From positions 1 to 64,000 of IMG/VR virus record IMGVR_UViG_3300033067_000181: DNA of 64,000 nucleotides; one strand, given 5' to 3'. The translations under genes and the position numbers were made by a program. Source of the stretch: a virus (Duplodnaviria; Caudoviricetes). Position 1 is the first letter of the stretch, and every line of letters starts with the position of its first letter. The notes under the pieces are model-generated. The model was not told the origin of the DNA. It worked only from the letters and a program-made list of their open reading frames with translations, and did no database searches. Positions 45,530-55,255 of the stretch are shown here, piece by piece.

Positions 45530-45562
45530 GTCCTGACAGTAATAAATACTGTAACAGGACTT
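45528..45562 (+). terminator. Hairpin (terminator-like) that contains the TAAATA late promoter of the neck gene
   Basis: aagtcctg-acagta-ataaa-tactgt-aa-caggactt followed by tt. TAAATA is at 45543-45548. Confidence 0.6.
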
Positions 45563-45566
45563 TTCT

Positions 45567-46463
45567 ATGGCCACACAAGATACCAGCATCTATGATGACA
45601 AAGGCAATTTAATTACAGACACGCTGTTCCAAGCAAATACAGGAACAGGATCTGGGCATATTGCATATAACTCCAACGAATACGATAGCGCCAACGCTAA
45701 ACGTGCGGAAATTACAGACTACATTCGTATGCGTTTAGCAGACGGCATTGTAGACGTTGAACTAGACAAAGAGCACTACGAAATGGCGATTAACCAAGCG
45801 TTAATCAAGTACCGCCAACGTAGCAGCAACGCAGTAGAAGAATCGTATGCGTTCTTAAAGCTATTGCCCGAAACACAAGAGTACATTCTTCCCAAGGAAA
45901 TCATTGAAGTACGCCAAGTTAACCGTCGTGGTATTGGTAGCGTAAGCGGTACAACTGCCAGCCAGTTTGAACCATTTGCTTCTGGTTACCTAAACACATA
46001 CATGCTGGTAGCAGGCCGTGTCGGTGGACTTGTAAACTACGAGTTATTTACACAGTACCAAGAGCTAGCAATGAAGATGTTTGGTGGCTTTATGAACTTC
46101 TCGTGGAACCGCACAACTCGCAAGCTAACAATTATGCGTAAAATGCCATTCCAGGGCGAAGGTGACACTAACTTTGATGCAGCAGAATCATGCTTGCTAT
46201 GGTGCTACAACTATAAGCCAGATTGGATGCTGTTTAACGACCATATGGTATTTCCTTGGTTACAAGAGTACGCATACAGCTTTGCTAAACGTATCCTAGG
46301 TGAAGGCCGTAGCAAGTTTGCAAGTATTGCTGGCCCACAAGGTGGCACAACTCTAAACGGTGCTGCATTGCTTGCAGACGCTAAAGAGGAACTAGCAGCT
46401 TTAGAAGAGGAATTAAAACGATTCCAGGACGGCGGCATGCCAATGACATGGATTACTGGCTAA
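45567..46463 (+). CDS. gp13: Neck protein (T4 gp13-like)
   Basis: RLADGIVDVELD..HY..AI..AL, WLQEY, LGEGRSKF..I.GPQGG.TLNG..L motifs. Confidence 0.8.
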   Translation: MATQDTSIYDDKGNLITDTLFQANTGTGSGHIAYNSNEYDSANAKRAEITDYIRMRLADGIVDVELDKEHYEMAINQALIKYRQRSSNAVEESYAFLKLLPETQEYILPKEIIEVRQVNRRGIGSVSGTTASQFEPFASGYLNTYMLVAGRVGGLVNYELFTQYQELAMKMFGGFMNFSWNRTTRKLTIMRKMPFQGEGDTNFDAAESCLLWCYNYKPDWMLFNDHMVFPWLQEYAYSFAKRILGEGRSKFASIAGPQGGTTLNGAALLADAKEELAALEEELKRFQDGGMPMTWITG

Positions 46464-47293
46464 TGAGAGCAACTGAGTTTATCACAGAAGCACCGTTAAC
46501 TGATTACGTGCCGCTCGGGGACTTTAACAAGCCCGGTCCGTTTAGAAGCAAAGTTGATAAAAAGCTAGTTACACATCCAACGGCTCAGTTAAAGACTGCA
46601 AAGTTCTTTGAACAAACACCTTACGACTTCCGCTTGTTCTTCTCTAACATTCCTGGCACTGCAAAAAGCACAGAACTCGGCGCAGTAGATGAGGCAACGG
46701 TGCGTAGTATATTTGGTGCTGCTGCGGATCAAATCCTAGAAGGGCACGAGGATGCTATTACTGTGGTATTCTTGGGCAACTATGGCGATCAAAGAGTTAT
46801 GATGACTCCGTGGATCATGGCACACAGAATTGGGCATGCTATCCAGGCTACTGGAAGACGCAAGGGCATGGATCAATGGCGCACAGTTGAGCAACACTTC
46901 TTTAAAGCTATTAACCAAAAGCTAGCAGAAGTATACGGTAAACCAATCGCACGTGATATGCACAGTTATTATCTTGACTATCGTAGATCCAGTGAATACA
47001 ATGCATTGTTTAATGCCATTGGTACACAGCGTAGCAGTCGTGAAGGTCAGATTAACCGTCCATACGAGTTTATGTACGAGATGTTTGCACAGTACATTCA
47101 AACAGGCACAGTTACACTAAACCCATTCCCGGCACAACTAGGATATGGCAGATACGTATTTGGCAATCAGTCACAAATGAAAGCTCGCGGTGATGACGAC
47201 TTGAAGCAAGCTGCCGAAACATTGGGCTACGATATGCAACTGTTATTCGGTGATGTTCTGAGTATGTGCAACGGACAAATCTTCCTAATGTAA
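46463..47293 (+). CDS. Hypothetical protein with a degenerate zincin motif and a capsid-targeting-like N-terminus
   Basis: MRATEFITE N-terminus, WIMAHRIGHAI (HRxxH), and a YEMFAQY motif. Confidence 0.7.
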   Translation: MRATEFITEAPLTDYVPLGDFNKPGPFRSKVDKKLVTHPTAQLKTAKFFEQTPYDFRLFFSNIPGTAKSTELGAVDEATVRSIFGAAADQILEGHEDAITVVFLGNYGDQRVMMTPWIMAHRIGHAIQATGRRKGMDQWRTVEQHFFKAINQKLAEVYGKPIARDMHSYYLDYRRSSEYNALFNAIGTQRSSREGQINRPYEFMYEMFAQYIQTGTVTLNPFPAQLGYGRYVFGNQSQMKARGDDDLKQAAETLGYDMQLLFGDVLSMCNGQIFLM

Positions 47294-47344
47294 TTGACTT
47301 TGTTACAGCAATATGTAAAAATGCTCCTTATTGGGGCATTTTTT

Positions 47345-47956
47345 ATGATTATAGGGATTACAGGTTTAATAGGATCGGGCAAAGATACAGCAGCAGACTA
47401 CTTGGTTAACTTTCATGGGTTCAAGCGTGAGTCATTTGCAGCAACGCTAAAGGATGCTGTTGCCCAAGTGTTTGGGTGGGATCGAGACATGCTAGAAGGC
47501 CGCACAGATCAAAGTAGACTGTGGCGCGAAGAAACGGACTTGTGGTGGTCACAGCGTTTAGGCATGCACATTACACCACGTTGGGTACTGCAAAACTGGG
47601 GCACAAACGTTCTAAGGGCACACTTCCATGACGACATTTGGATTGCTAGCTTAGAAAACAAACTGCGTAATAGCAAAGACAACATCGTTATCACAGATTG
47701 CCGTTTCCCTAACGAGATTACTGGACTTAAAGCACAAGGTGCCAGGATGCTTTGGGTTCAGCGTGGTATTATTCCACATTGGTATGCTATTGCAGAGCAA
47801 GCTAACAGAGGCGACACTAAAGCACAAGAATGGTTATCTAACGAAGGTATCCATGCTAGTGAGTACAGTTGGGCAGGAACACAGTTCGATTCGGTGATTG
47901 ATAACAATGGTACCATTGATCACTTGTATAAGCAACTTAAAGATCAGGTTGCTTAA
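47345..47956 (+). CDS. gp1: Deoxynucleoside monophosphate kinase (T4 gp1-like)
   Basis: IIGITGLIGSGKDT P-loop, FAATLKD, TPRWVLQ.WGT, DCRFPNE, and HASE motifs. Confidence 0.9.
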   Translation: MIIGITGLIGSGKDTAADYLVNFHGFKRESFAATLKDAVAQVFGWDRDMLEGRTDQSRLWREETDLWWSQRLGMHITPRWVLQNWGTNVLRAHFHDDIWIASLENKLRNSKDNIVITDCRFPNEITGLKAQGARMLWVQRGIIPHWYAIAEQANRGDTKAQEWLSNEGIHASEYSWAGTQFDSVIDNNGTIDHLYKQLKDQVA

Positions 47957-48591
47957 AAGTCTGGGACAATTGGGGCTTCCTTCCACGAAGTTGGACTATT
48001 CATAATTTCTGCTCTGCAATTTAAGCAAACAGATCGGAGATTGACCCAATTATTATTTTTTAAGTTTCCGTCGATATGAAATACTGTAATTTGTTTTGAT
48101 GGTAACTTAGATTTAAACCCGCATTTTTCACAAGAATGTTTTTTCTTATACCCAGATAGAGCCCAGCCTGGTGTGTGCTTTACTGATTTTCCGAGACGTG
48201 TGCAGATATCGCATAGCTTTCGGTAGTATGTTGTTCCATTTTTAATGCAATTGATAGCAACTGGGCGCTCCTTGCATACAGGACAATCTGTCCTGATTGA
48301 TTCCTTTTTAGAAACGCCGCTAGCACTGTTTGTACGGTTGTAATAAAGCGTATTGTTTTTTGCATCAACCTCTGTTAGAAATTTTTCTTCAGATTCTCTA
48401 AGGCTTTCAATGTCACTAGCGAACGCAAGAATTTTTCGTGTAAAGTGCTCTGCCCCTAACTGATTAAAATCCTTTTTAAAATCAACCCCACTACCCCAAT
48501 ATATGTCTTTAGAGTCGCCAATGTGGCTACCGATATATTTTTTTCCGTTTAGATTGTTGGTTGTTTCGTACACAAAGCCTAGTTTAGACAT
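47953..48591 (-). CDS. GIY-YIG + zinc finger + HNH-like fusion protein
   Basis: N-terminal GFVYETTN..NGKKYIGSH...YWGSG...YYN, central CPVC/CDIC, and C-terminal CEKC...FHIDGNLKNN...NL..VCLNC. Confidence 0.75.
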   Translation of the reverse strand: MSKLGFVYETTNNLNGKKYIGSHIGDSKDIYWGSGVDFKKDFNQLGAEHFTRKILAFASDIESLRESEEKFLTEVDAKNNTLYYNRTNSASGVSKKESIRTDCPVCKERPVAINCIKNGTTYYRKLCDICTRLGKSVKHTPGWALSGYKKKHSCEKCGFKSKLPSKQITVFHIDGNLKNNNWVNLRSVCLNCRAEIMNSPTSWKEAPIVPDF

Positions 48592-48698
48592 ATTAATCTC
48601 CTTTTGGTGCTAAGGTATTTATTAAGGGCAGCATAACAGCCCGTTTTATCCAAAACCTGGTAAATATTGATATCGTGTAACATAAAGGAAAAAAGATT

Positions 48699-51600
48699 AT
48701 GGCACTAGTATCTCCAGGTTTACAGTTAAGTGTAACCGACGAAAGTCAATACGTACCAGGCGCAGTTGGTTCTGTACCATTGGTTGTATTGGCAACAGCT
48801 CAAGACAAAACAAATCCTGCAGGCGCAGTAGCCGCAGGTACTACAAAGGCAAATGCCGGTAAATTGCAAGCATATGCTAGCCAACGTGAGTTGGTAAGTG
48901 CTTTTGGTTATCCTGTATTCCAACAAAGTAGTGCTGGTACAGCTCTACACGGAGACGAACGTAACGAATTTGGTTTAATGGCAGCTTACTCTGCTTTAGG
49001 CATTAGCAACCGCGTTTATGCTATCCGTGCTGATATTGACTTAGCACAACTAAATGCAACAGCTAACCGCCCAACTGGTATTGTTGCTGATGGTACATAC
49101 TGGTTTGACTTACTAGACACCAATTGGGGTCTAAACGAATGGGATGCTACAGCAAGTGCATTCGTTAAAAAGTCTCTATTAGTTATTACTGACTCTACAA
49201 ACCTAACCAACGTTAGCGGAGTTAACTACCCAACATCTAGCGTAGGTGACATTGGTTCTTATGCAGCGGCCCTAAGTCCTGCAAACAGCGGCGCATACAC
49301 TGGTCACGTTTGGAACGTATTCAAGAAGTTGTCTGACAACTCTTGGGCCAAAGTTGGTGACCGCACATGGATGGTAGACCAACCGACTATTGTTGGCGCT
49401 AACGGTTCTGTAGCTAGCCCAGTTGAAATCCCAATGTCCACACCAGCCGCTGTATTGCGTATTAACGGTGTTGATGTTACTGTTGGTGCTACTGGTGTTG
49501 ACAAGAGCTTAAGCGACATTGTTAATGCTATTAACACAGCAGCAATCGCTGGTGTTACAGCCCGCGGAGTTAATGGCAAGTTGCAACTATTAGCAACTGA
49601 CTTAGCACAAAGCGGCGGCCCATCTGCATCTGCAGACGGCAAGATTATCATTGCAAACACAACACAAACTCCGTTAAGCAACTTAGGTATTGCTGCTGGT
49701 ACTTACTATCGTCCAACAGTTAGCTACGGTTCTTATGTTGCAATTCCAGCATGGAGAAGTACCGACTCTGCACCACGTCCAACAGGTAGCGTATACTTGA
49801 AAACTAGTGCAATCGGCGGCGGCGCTGATGTTGTAATTAAGAAGTACAGTGCAGGTACAGACACATGGACTAGCCAAGCTGCTCCATTGTACAACACACC
49901 ATCTGATGCTATCTATGGAATGGATCCAAGTGCAGGCGGCTTTAACATTGGCGCAGGTACAGTGTTTGTGCGTTTCGACACAAGTGCAGACGGTACAGTA
50001 ACATTTAAGCCATACGTTCGCCGTGTAGCTGGTGCAACTAAGATCGTTGCAGAAGTAACAGATACTGCAAACCCATTTACTTTAAACAATACATTTACTT
50101 TGTACACTACATCTATTGGTGAGTCTACATACACAGCTTACAACATTCAATTGGGTGGTACAAGCCGTGCAGCGTTTGTTTCTGCTGTTTTGGCAGCAAA
50201 CATTCCTGAAGTAACAGCAGCAGTTGAAACTACTGGCGCTATCAGCTTGACACACAAGTATGGTGGTGTTATCCGTTTAGTTAACACTGTTGGTACCCCA
50301 GTTACTGATGCAGGTTTCACATTAAGTGTAACAGGCGTACAAGGCAACGCAGCAGAAGAATTAGAGTTGAGCACCTGGGAGCCTCTAACATACACATTCA
50401 GCGTAGTTGAGCCAACACAAGATCCAGTCGATGGAACATTGTGGTACTATGGTTCTGCAACCGATGTTGACATTATGATCAACACCACCACAGGATGGAA
50501 AGGTTACCAGCAAGAACTAAGTGATGCTCGTGGTTACGACTTGAGCGTAACAGACCCATTGGGCGTTATTGTTAGTGCAAGCAAGCCAACAACACAAACT
50601 GACAGTTCTGCTCTAGTAGCAGGTGACTTGTGGTTAGACACAAGCGACTTAGAAAACTGGCCAGCATTGAGCCGCTACACTGGCACAACTTGGGCAAAGA
50701 TTGATAACACAGACCAAATTGGTCAAAACGGTATCGTATTTGCTGATGCACGTTGGGGCACAGACGGAAACGTTGACCCTATTAGCAACAGCATGCCATC
50801 TATTGTTGATTTGCTAACAAGCGACAACTTAGATTTGGACGCACCAGATTATCGTTTATACCCACGTGGTACACTATTGTTTAACACACGCCGTAGCGGG
50901 TATAACGTTAAGCGTTTTGTTAATGAGTACTTCACTGAAGCTAACTTTGCAAATGGCCCATTGCCAACTGTTGCAAGTGCTTGGGTAAGTGCAAGTGGCT
51001 TAAAGGATGATGGTAGCATGTACGCAGGCCGCCAAGCACAACGCCATATGGTTGTTAGTGCATTGAAGGCAGCTATTGACGGAAACTCAGCAGTACGTGA
51101 AGACCAATATGGCTTTAACTTAATTGCAACCCCTGGTTATCCAGAATTGATCAGCAACATGGTTGCATTGAACAATGACCGTGCTAACACAGCATTCATT
51201 ATCGGTGACACACCATTCCGTTTAGCACCAAACACTATTGACTTAGTGAACTGGAGCAACAACACTGACAATGCAACTGGCTTGTCTACAAATGACCCAT
51301 ACTTGGGCGTTTACTATCCAGGTGCTGCACAAACTAACGATGTACAAGGTAACACTATTGTAGTTCCACCAAGCCACATTGCATTGCGTACATTCCTACA
51401 CAGTGACAATTTAAGCTATCCATGGTTTGCCCCAGCAGGTACACGCCGTGGTATGGTAGACAATGCAACTAGCGTCGGATACATTGATTCTACAACTGGT
51501 GAGTACAACCCAATTGGTGTTAACCAAGGTCTACGTGACAGCTTGTATGAAAACAAGATCAACCCAATCACTAACTTGCCAGGCGTAGGTTTAGTTGTAT

Positions 51601-51962
51601 GGGGTCAGAAGACTCGTAACCCATTTGCAAGTGCAATGGATCGTGTAAACGTAGCTCGTTTAGTGAACTACATTCGTACAATCCTTGCTAGCGTTGGTAA
51701 CGGCTTCTTGTTTGAACCAAACGACAAGATCACTCGTGATCAATTGAAGACTATCATTAGCGGTGCTGTTAACGACTTAGTAAGCAAGCGTGGCGTGTAC
51801 GATTACTTGGTAGTTTGCGACGAAAGCAACAACACACCAGAGCGTATCGCTCGCAATGAGTTGTATGTGGATATTGCTATCGAGCCAATGAAGGATGTTG
51901 AGTTTATCTACATTCCAATTCGCTTGTACAACCCAGGTGAAGTCGCTAAATTAGGCGCATAA
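48699..51962 (+). CDS. gp18: Contractile tail sheath protein (T4 gp18-like) with inserted domains
   Basis: LVSPG....VTDES, and C-terminal WFAPAG.RRG, LYENKINPI, WGQKT, DRVNVARL, and VVCDESNNTP motifs. Confidence 0.95.
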   Translation: MALVSPGLQLSVTDESQYVPGAVGSVPLVVLATAQDKTNPAGAVAAGTTKANAGKLQAYASQRELVSAFGYPVFQQSSAGTALHGDERNEFGLMAAYSALGISNRVYAIRADIDLAQLNATANRPTGIVADGTYWFDLLDTNWGLNEWDATASAFVKKSLLVITDSTNLTNVSGVNYPTSSVGDIGSYAAALSPANSGAYTGHVWNVFKKLSDNSWAKVGDRTWMVDQPTIVGANGSVASPVEIPMSTPAAVLRINGVDVTVGATGVDKSLSDIVNAINTAAIAGVTARGVNGKLQLLATDLAQSGGPSASADGKIIIANTTQTPLSNLGIAAGTYYRPTVSYGSYVAIPAWRSTDSAPRPTGSVYLKTSAIGGGADVVIKKYSAGTDTWTSQAAPLYNTPSDAIYGMDPSAGGFNIGAGTVFVRFDTSADGTVTFKPYVRRVAGATKIVAEVTDTANPFTLNNTFTLYTTSIGESTYTAYNIQLGGTSRAAFVSAVLAANIPEVTAAVETTGAISLTHKYGGVIRLVNTVGTPVTDAGFTLSVTGVQGNAAEELELSTWEPLTYTFSVVEPTQDPVDGTLWYYGSATDVDIMINTTTGWKGYQQELSDARGYDLSVTDPLGVIVSASKPTTQTDSSALVAGDLWLDTSDLENWPALSRYTGTTWAKIDNTDQIGQNGIVFADARWGTDGNVDPISNSMPSIVDLLTSDNLDLDAPDYRLYPRGTLLFNTRRSGYNVKRFVNEYFTEANFANGPLPTVASAWVSASGLKDDGSMYAGRQAQRHMVVSALKAAIDGNSAVREDQYGFNLIATPGYPELISNMVALNNDRANTAFIIGDTPFRLAPNTIDLVNWSNNTDNATGLSTNDPYLGVYYPGAAQTNDVQGNTIVVPPSHIALRTFLHSDNLSYPWFAPAGTRRGMVDNATSVGYIDSTTGEYNPIGVNQGLRDSLYENKINPITNLPGVGLVVWGQKTRNPFASAMDRVNVARLVNYIRTILASVGNGFLFEPNDKITRDQLKTIISGAVNDLVSKRGVYDYLVVCDESNNTPERIARNELYVDIAIEPMKDVEFIYIPIRLYNPGEVAKLGA

Positions 51963-52038
51963 AGTAGGTATATAACGGGGCTGTAATGGTCCCGTTAACT
52001 TACCCAAAATTAGGTAAATACCTTAACAGGAGAATAAG

Positions 52039-52659
52039 ATGGCAGTATCGTCACTAACAAGATTAACAGTACCATTAGCAACTAACCAAAGTGCATCAGC
52101 ACAAGGTTTGCTAATGCCAAAACTAAAATATCGCTTCCGTGCGACATTCGAAGGTTTTGGTGTAAGTGCTGACAAACGAGTAGAATTAACAAAACAAGTC
52201 GTGGATATTAAGCGTCCAAGCGTAAACTTTAACCCAATCACATTGGATGTTTATAACAGTAAAGTTTATTTGCAAGGCAAGCCTGAATGGCAAGAAACTA
52301 CAGTCAACTTACGTGACGATGCTGCTGGCAACGTTAGCCGTATGGTTGGTGAACAGATTCAAAAGCAATTCGACTTTGCGGAACAAAGTTCAGCAGCTTC
52401 TGGTATCGACTATAAGTTCTTGTTACGTTATGAAGTATTAGACGGCGGCAACGGCGCAAATGAACCTAACGTATTAGAAACATGGGAATTGTATGGTTGC
52501 ATGATTAGTCAAGTTGACTACGGCGACATGGCATACAGTTCTAATGACCCTGTGCAAATTGCACTAACATTGCGTTTCGACAATGCAGTACAAACTCCGA
52601 CAGGTGCTGGTGTTGGTACACTAGTTGGACGTACATTAGGTACAATGGTAACTGGTTAA
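52039..52659 (+). CDS. gp19: Tail tube protein (T4 gp19-like)
   Basis: Follows the sheath gene after AGGAG. YRFR..F, GKPEWQ...V..RDD, and TWELYGC...LTLRFD motifs. Confidence 0.85.
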   Translation: MAVSSLTRLTVPLATNQSASAQGLLMPKLKYRFRATFEGFGVSADKRVELTKQVVDIKRPSVNFNPITLDVYNSKVYLQGKPEWQETTVNLRDDAAGNVSRMVGEQIQKQFDFAEQSSAASGIDYKFLLRYEVLDGGNGANEPNVLETWELYGCMISQVDYGDMAYSSNDPVQIALTLRFDNAVQTPTGAGVGTLVGRTLGTMVTG

Positions 52660-52677
52660 TCCCAGATGACAAAACTC

Positions 52678-52703
52678 AAGCCCGGTTTCGACCGGGCTTT
52701 TTT
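52678..52703 (+). terminator. Rho-independent terminator with UUCG loop
   Basis: aagcccggt-ttcg-accgggctt followed by tttt. Confidence 0.9.
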
Positions 52704-52731
52704 GTGGCTAAATAGTTTATAAGAGGATACT

Positions 52732-54381
52732 ATGAGCATTAATCAGTTTTTACAACAAGTTGGAAAAGGCGACCAAATTAAGGATTTCCAACATGCTAGT
52801 AAGTTGTTTGTTGGAGACAACTTCAAGCTGGCTCCTCGTCAAGGATTTTTGTATCATGTGTTCTTTGATTTAGCACCTGAGTTTTCGGCTAAGTTTGGTC
52901 GCAATCAACAAGTAGAAGCAGGCATGCTAGTAAAGATGATAGACTTACCGAAGTTTACAATCGATGCCAAGACACTAAACAGCTACAACAAACCAAACAT
53001 TGTACAGACTAAAATCAAGTACGATCCAATCAACATTCAATTCCACGACGATCATGCAGACGTTGTGCGTGGATTGTGGTTCCAGTACTTTAGTCACTTC
53101 TACCGTGATACAGACTTAGGTTATCAAGGCCCGGATGGTGTTATTAATCCTGGCTACAGACAAAACACAAAGTATTCTCCTAGAGAGAATAACAATTGGG
53201 GTTACTCACCAAAGACGCCAAACACGCATCCAATTAATGCTGTTCGGATATACAGCATGAGTCAGAAACGCTTTGCTGAATACACACTAATTAACCCGAT
53301 CATTACAAGTTTTAAACACGGTCAACATACAGCAGCATCTAGCGATCCTTTGCAGCACGAAATGACACTGTCCTTTGAAACCGTGCTTTACGGTGCAGGA
53401 TGGGTAAGCAAGAATACAGTGCAAGGCTTTGCTGATATCCACTACGATAACAGTCCAAGTCCATTAACGCCTGCAGGTGGCGGAACAAAGAGTATTATTG
53501 GCCCAGGTGGCTTACTTGATACAGCTAGCGATGTTGTTAGCGATCTTGGTAAAGAAGGTGGCAGTGCAAGTGCATTCTTTAAAGCATTCCGTGGATACCA
53601 AAACCTTAAGAATACAAACTTAGCGGCTGTTGCTAAAGCAGAGCTAACACAAATGGGCACAGACATGCTACGTGGTAACAACCCGTTGAACAGATTGTTT
53701 GTGCCAAACGGTGGCAACTTAGCAGACGGTAGCCCAATTTATCAGTACAACAAAAGTAGTGGTAAAGGAAATGGGTCCGCAGGCAATGGCGCAGGCGGCG
53801 CAACCAGCAACGGAGAGAAAGTTGGATCCACATTTAACATGGGCGTTGCAGGAACAGTACTTGGCGGATTAGGAGCAAGCGTACTACTTGGTAAAGGTGG
53901 TGGCTTAGGCAGCATTGCAGCAGTCGGGGGTCTTGTTGCTGGTGCTGGCGCTCTTAACAAGCTATTAAAAGTTAATCCAACAACTGGCGCAGTTGAATCA
54001 GTATCAACATTGCCAAGCAAAACAGCAGCAGAAACACAATTGGGCAACATGCCTAACAGTGCAGCCAACACATACATGGACAGCTATTTAGATAGCCCAG
54101 ATGCAGTAGCAGGAGCGTCTAACGTTGCACTAAACGACGAACAAGCTCAGTATGATTATGCAGATGCAGACATGCCAACTAACCCGGCACTTGAACCTGA
54201 ACTTTTATCAGATGAAGGAAATCCAATTGACGAAACTCAATTATATCCGTCGCCAGAAAGTGAAGCAGAACAATTAATGGCTGATGCTGAATCTAGAGCA
54301 CAAGAGGATAATCTAACAATGGGCGAGGACAATAGTGACAGCGCCACAAATCAAAATGACTTAGACGGTTGGGACTTTTAA
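52732..54381 (+). CDS. Baseplate tail-tube initiator (gp48/gp54-like tube fold) with a low-complexity C-terminal extension
   Basis: FLYHVFF, DLPKFTI, QTKIKYDPINIQFHDD, NPIITSFKH, and MTLSFETV motifs, then a Gly-rich and acidic tail. Confidence 0.65.
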   Translation: MSINQFLQQVGKGDQIKDFQHASKLFVGDNFKLAPRQGFLYHVFFDLAPEFSAKFGRNQQVEAGMLVKMIDLPKFTIDAKTLNSYNKPNIVQTKIKYDPINIQFHDDHADVVRGLWFQYFSHFYRDTDLGYQGPDGVINPGYRQNTKYSPRENNNWGYSPKTPNTHPINAVRIYSMSQKRFAEYTLINPIITSFKHGQHTAASSDPLQHEMTLSFETVLYGAGWVSKNTVQGFADIHYDNSPSPLTPAGGGTKSIIGPGGLLDTASDVVSDLGKEGGSASAFFKAFRGYQNLKNTNLAAVAKAELTQMGTDMLRGNNPLNRLFVPNGGNLADGSPIYQYNKSSGKGNGSAGNGAGGATSNGEKVGSTFNMGVAGTVLGGLGASVLLGKGGGLGSIAAVGGLVAGAGALNKLLKVNPTTGAVESVSTLPSKTAAETQLGNMPNSAANTYMDSYLDSPDAVAGASNVALNDEQAQYDYADADMPTNPALEPELLSDEGNPIDETQLYPSPESEAEQLMADAESRAQEDNLTMGEDNSDSATNQNDLDGWDF

Positions 54382-54764
54382 TGACAACAGGAACAGCAAC
54401 TAACTTAGGGGCAGTAGATCAATCAGTAAATGACAATACTGACCCTAATAGATATTTTAACAACTACTTTGAACCTACATTTACTGTAAGTCCAAACGTA
54501 GATGCAGCTATACTATCTTACTTTGAAGAAGTATCTTACAACACAGAAGCGGCTAAAGCGTTGGCAAGTGCAGTTATCTACACAAGCAAAAGCCAAGGGG
54601 TTAACCCAATGCAAACTCTGCAAGAGTTTACTAAGCTACCAAAGGGCGAGCTAAACTCATACTTGGTTATGTTCTTAAATATGCAACGTAAAGGTACTAG
54701 TTACTTAGGTATTACTAATCAACCTATTACAAACAAGTACGTTAACCGTGCAATTCTACCATGA
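54381..54764 (+). CDS. Hypothetical protein in the tail module
   Basis: ATG is coupled to the upstream stop. Pattern DAAILSYFE...ALASAVIY...FLN..R..TSYLG. Confidence 0.7.
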   Translation: MTTGTATNLGAVDQSVNDNTDPNRYFNNYFEPTFTVSPNVDAAILSYFEEVSYNTEAAKALASAVIYTSKSQGVNPMQTLQEFTKLPKGELNSYLVMFLNMQRKGTSYLGITNQPITNKYVNRAILP

Positions 54765-55192
54765 GTAAGTACGCAAATGGCAAGTTCCAAATGAAGAACC
54801 CAGAGAAGTATGTGGGGAACAAAACACCCACATACCGTTCTGGGTGGGAATTTGTATTCATGCAGTTTTGTGATAACAATCCTGCAATTCTTCAATGGGC
54901 AAGCGAAGCAATACACATTAACTATCGTAACCCACTAACAAATAAAAATACAATCTACGTGCCGGACTTTCTAATTATCTATACTGATAAGACTGGGCAA
55001 AAGCATGCAGAAGTAATTGAAGTAAAGCCCACTAAAGAAACAACCCTTGAAGCAGCAGGTCGTAGCACAAAAGCTCAAGCGGCAGCAATTGTTAATATGG
55101 CTAAATGGGAAGCAGCCAGAGCATGGTGTAAGAATCAGGGCCTTGCTTTTAGAGTCGTTACAGAAAACGAAATATTCCATCAAGGAAAATAA
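54761..55192 (+). CDS. gp4: Head completion nuclease (T4 gp4-like, TnsA-type PD-(D/E)xK)
   Basis: NPEKYVG, YRSGWE..FM.FCD.NP....WASE, YVPDF, IEVKP, N.AKW.AA, and F.V.TE motifs. Confidence 0.9.
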   Translation: MSKYANGKFQMKNPEKYVGNKTPTYRSGWEFVFMQFCDNNPAILQWASEAIHINYRNPLTNKNTIYVPDFLIIYTDKTGQKHAEVIEVKPTKETTLEAAGRSTKAQAAAIVNMAKWEAARAWCKNQGLAFRVVTENEIFHQGK

Positions 55193-55255
55193 AACAGTAA
55201 ATACTTTACTGTGCGCCGCAGTGGCGCTATCTCTGCTGCACTCCCCTACTAATAA

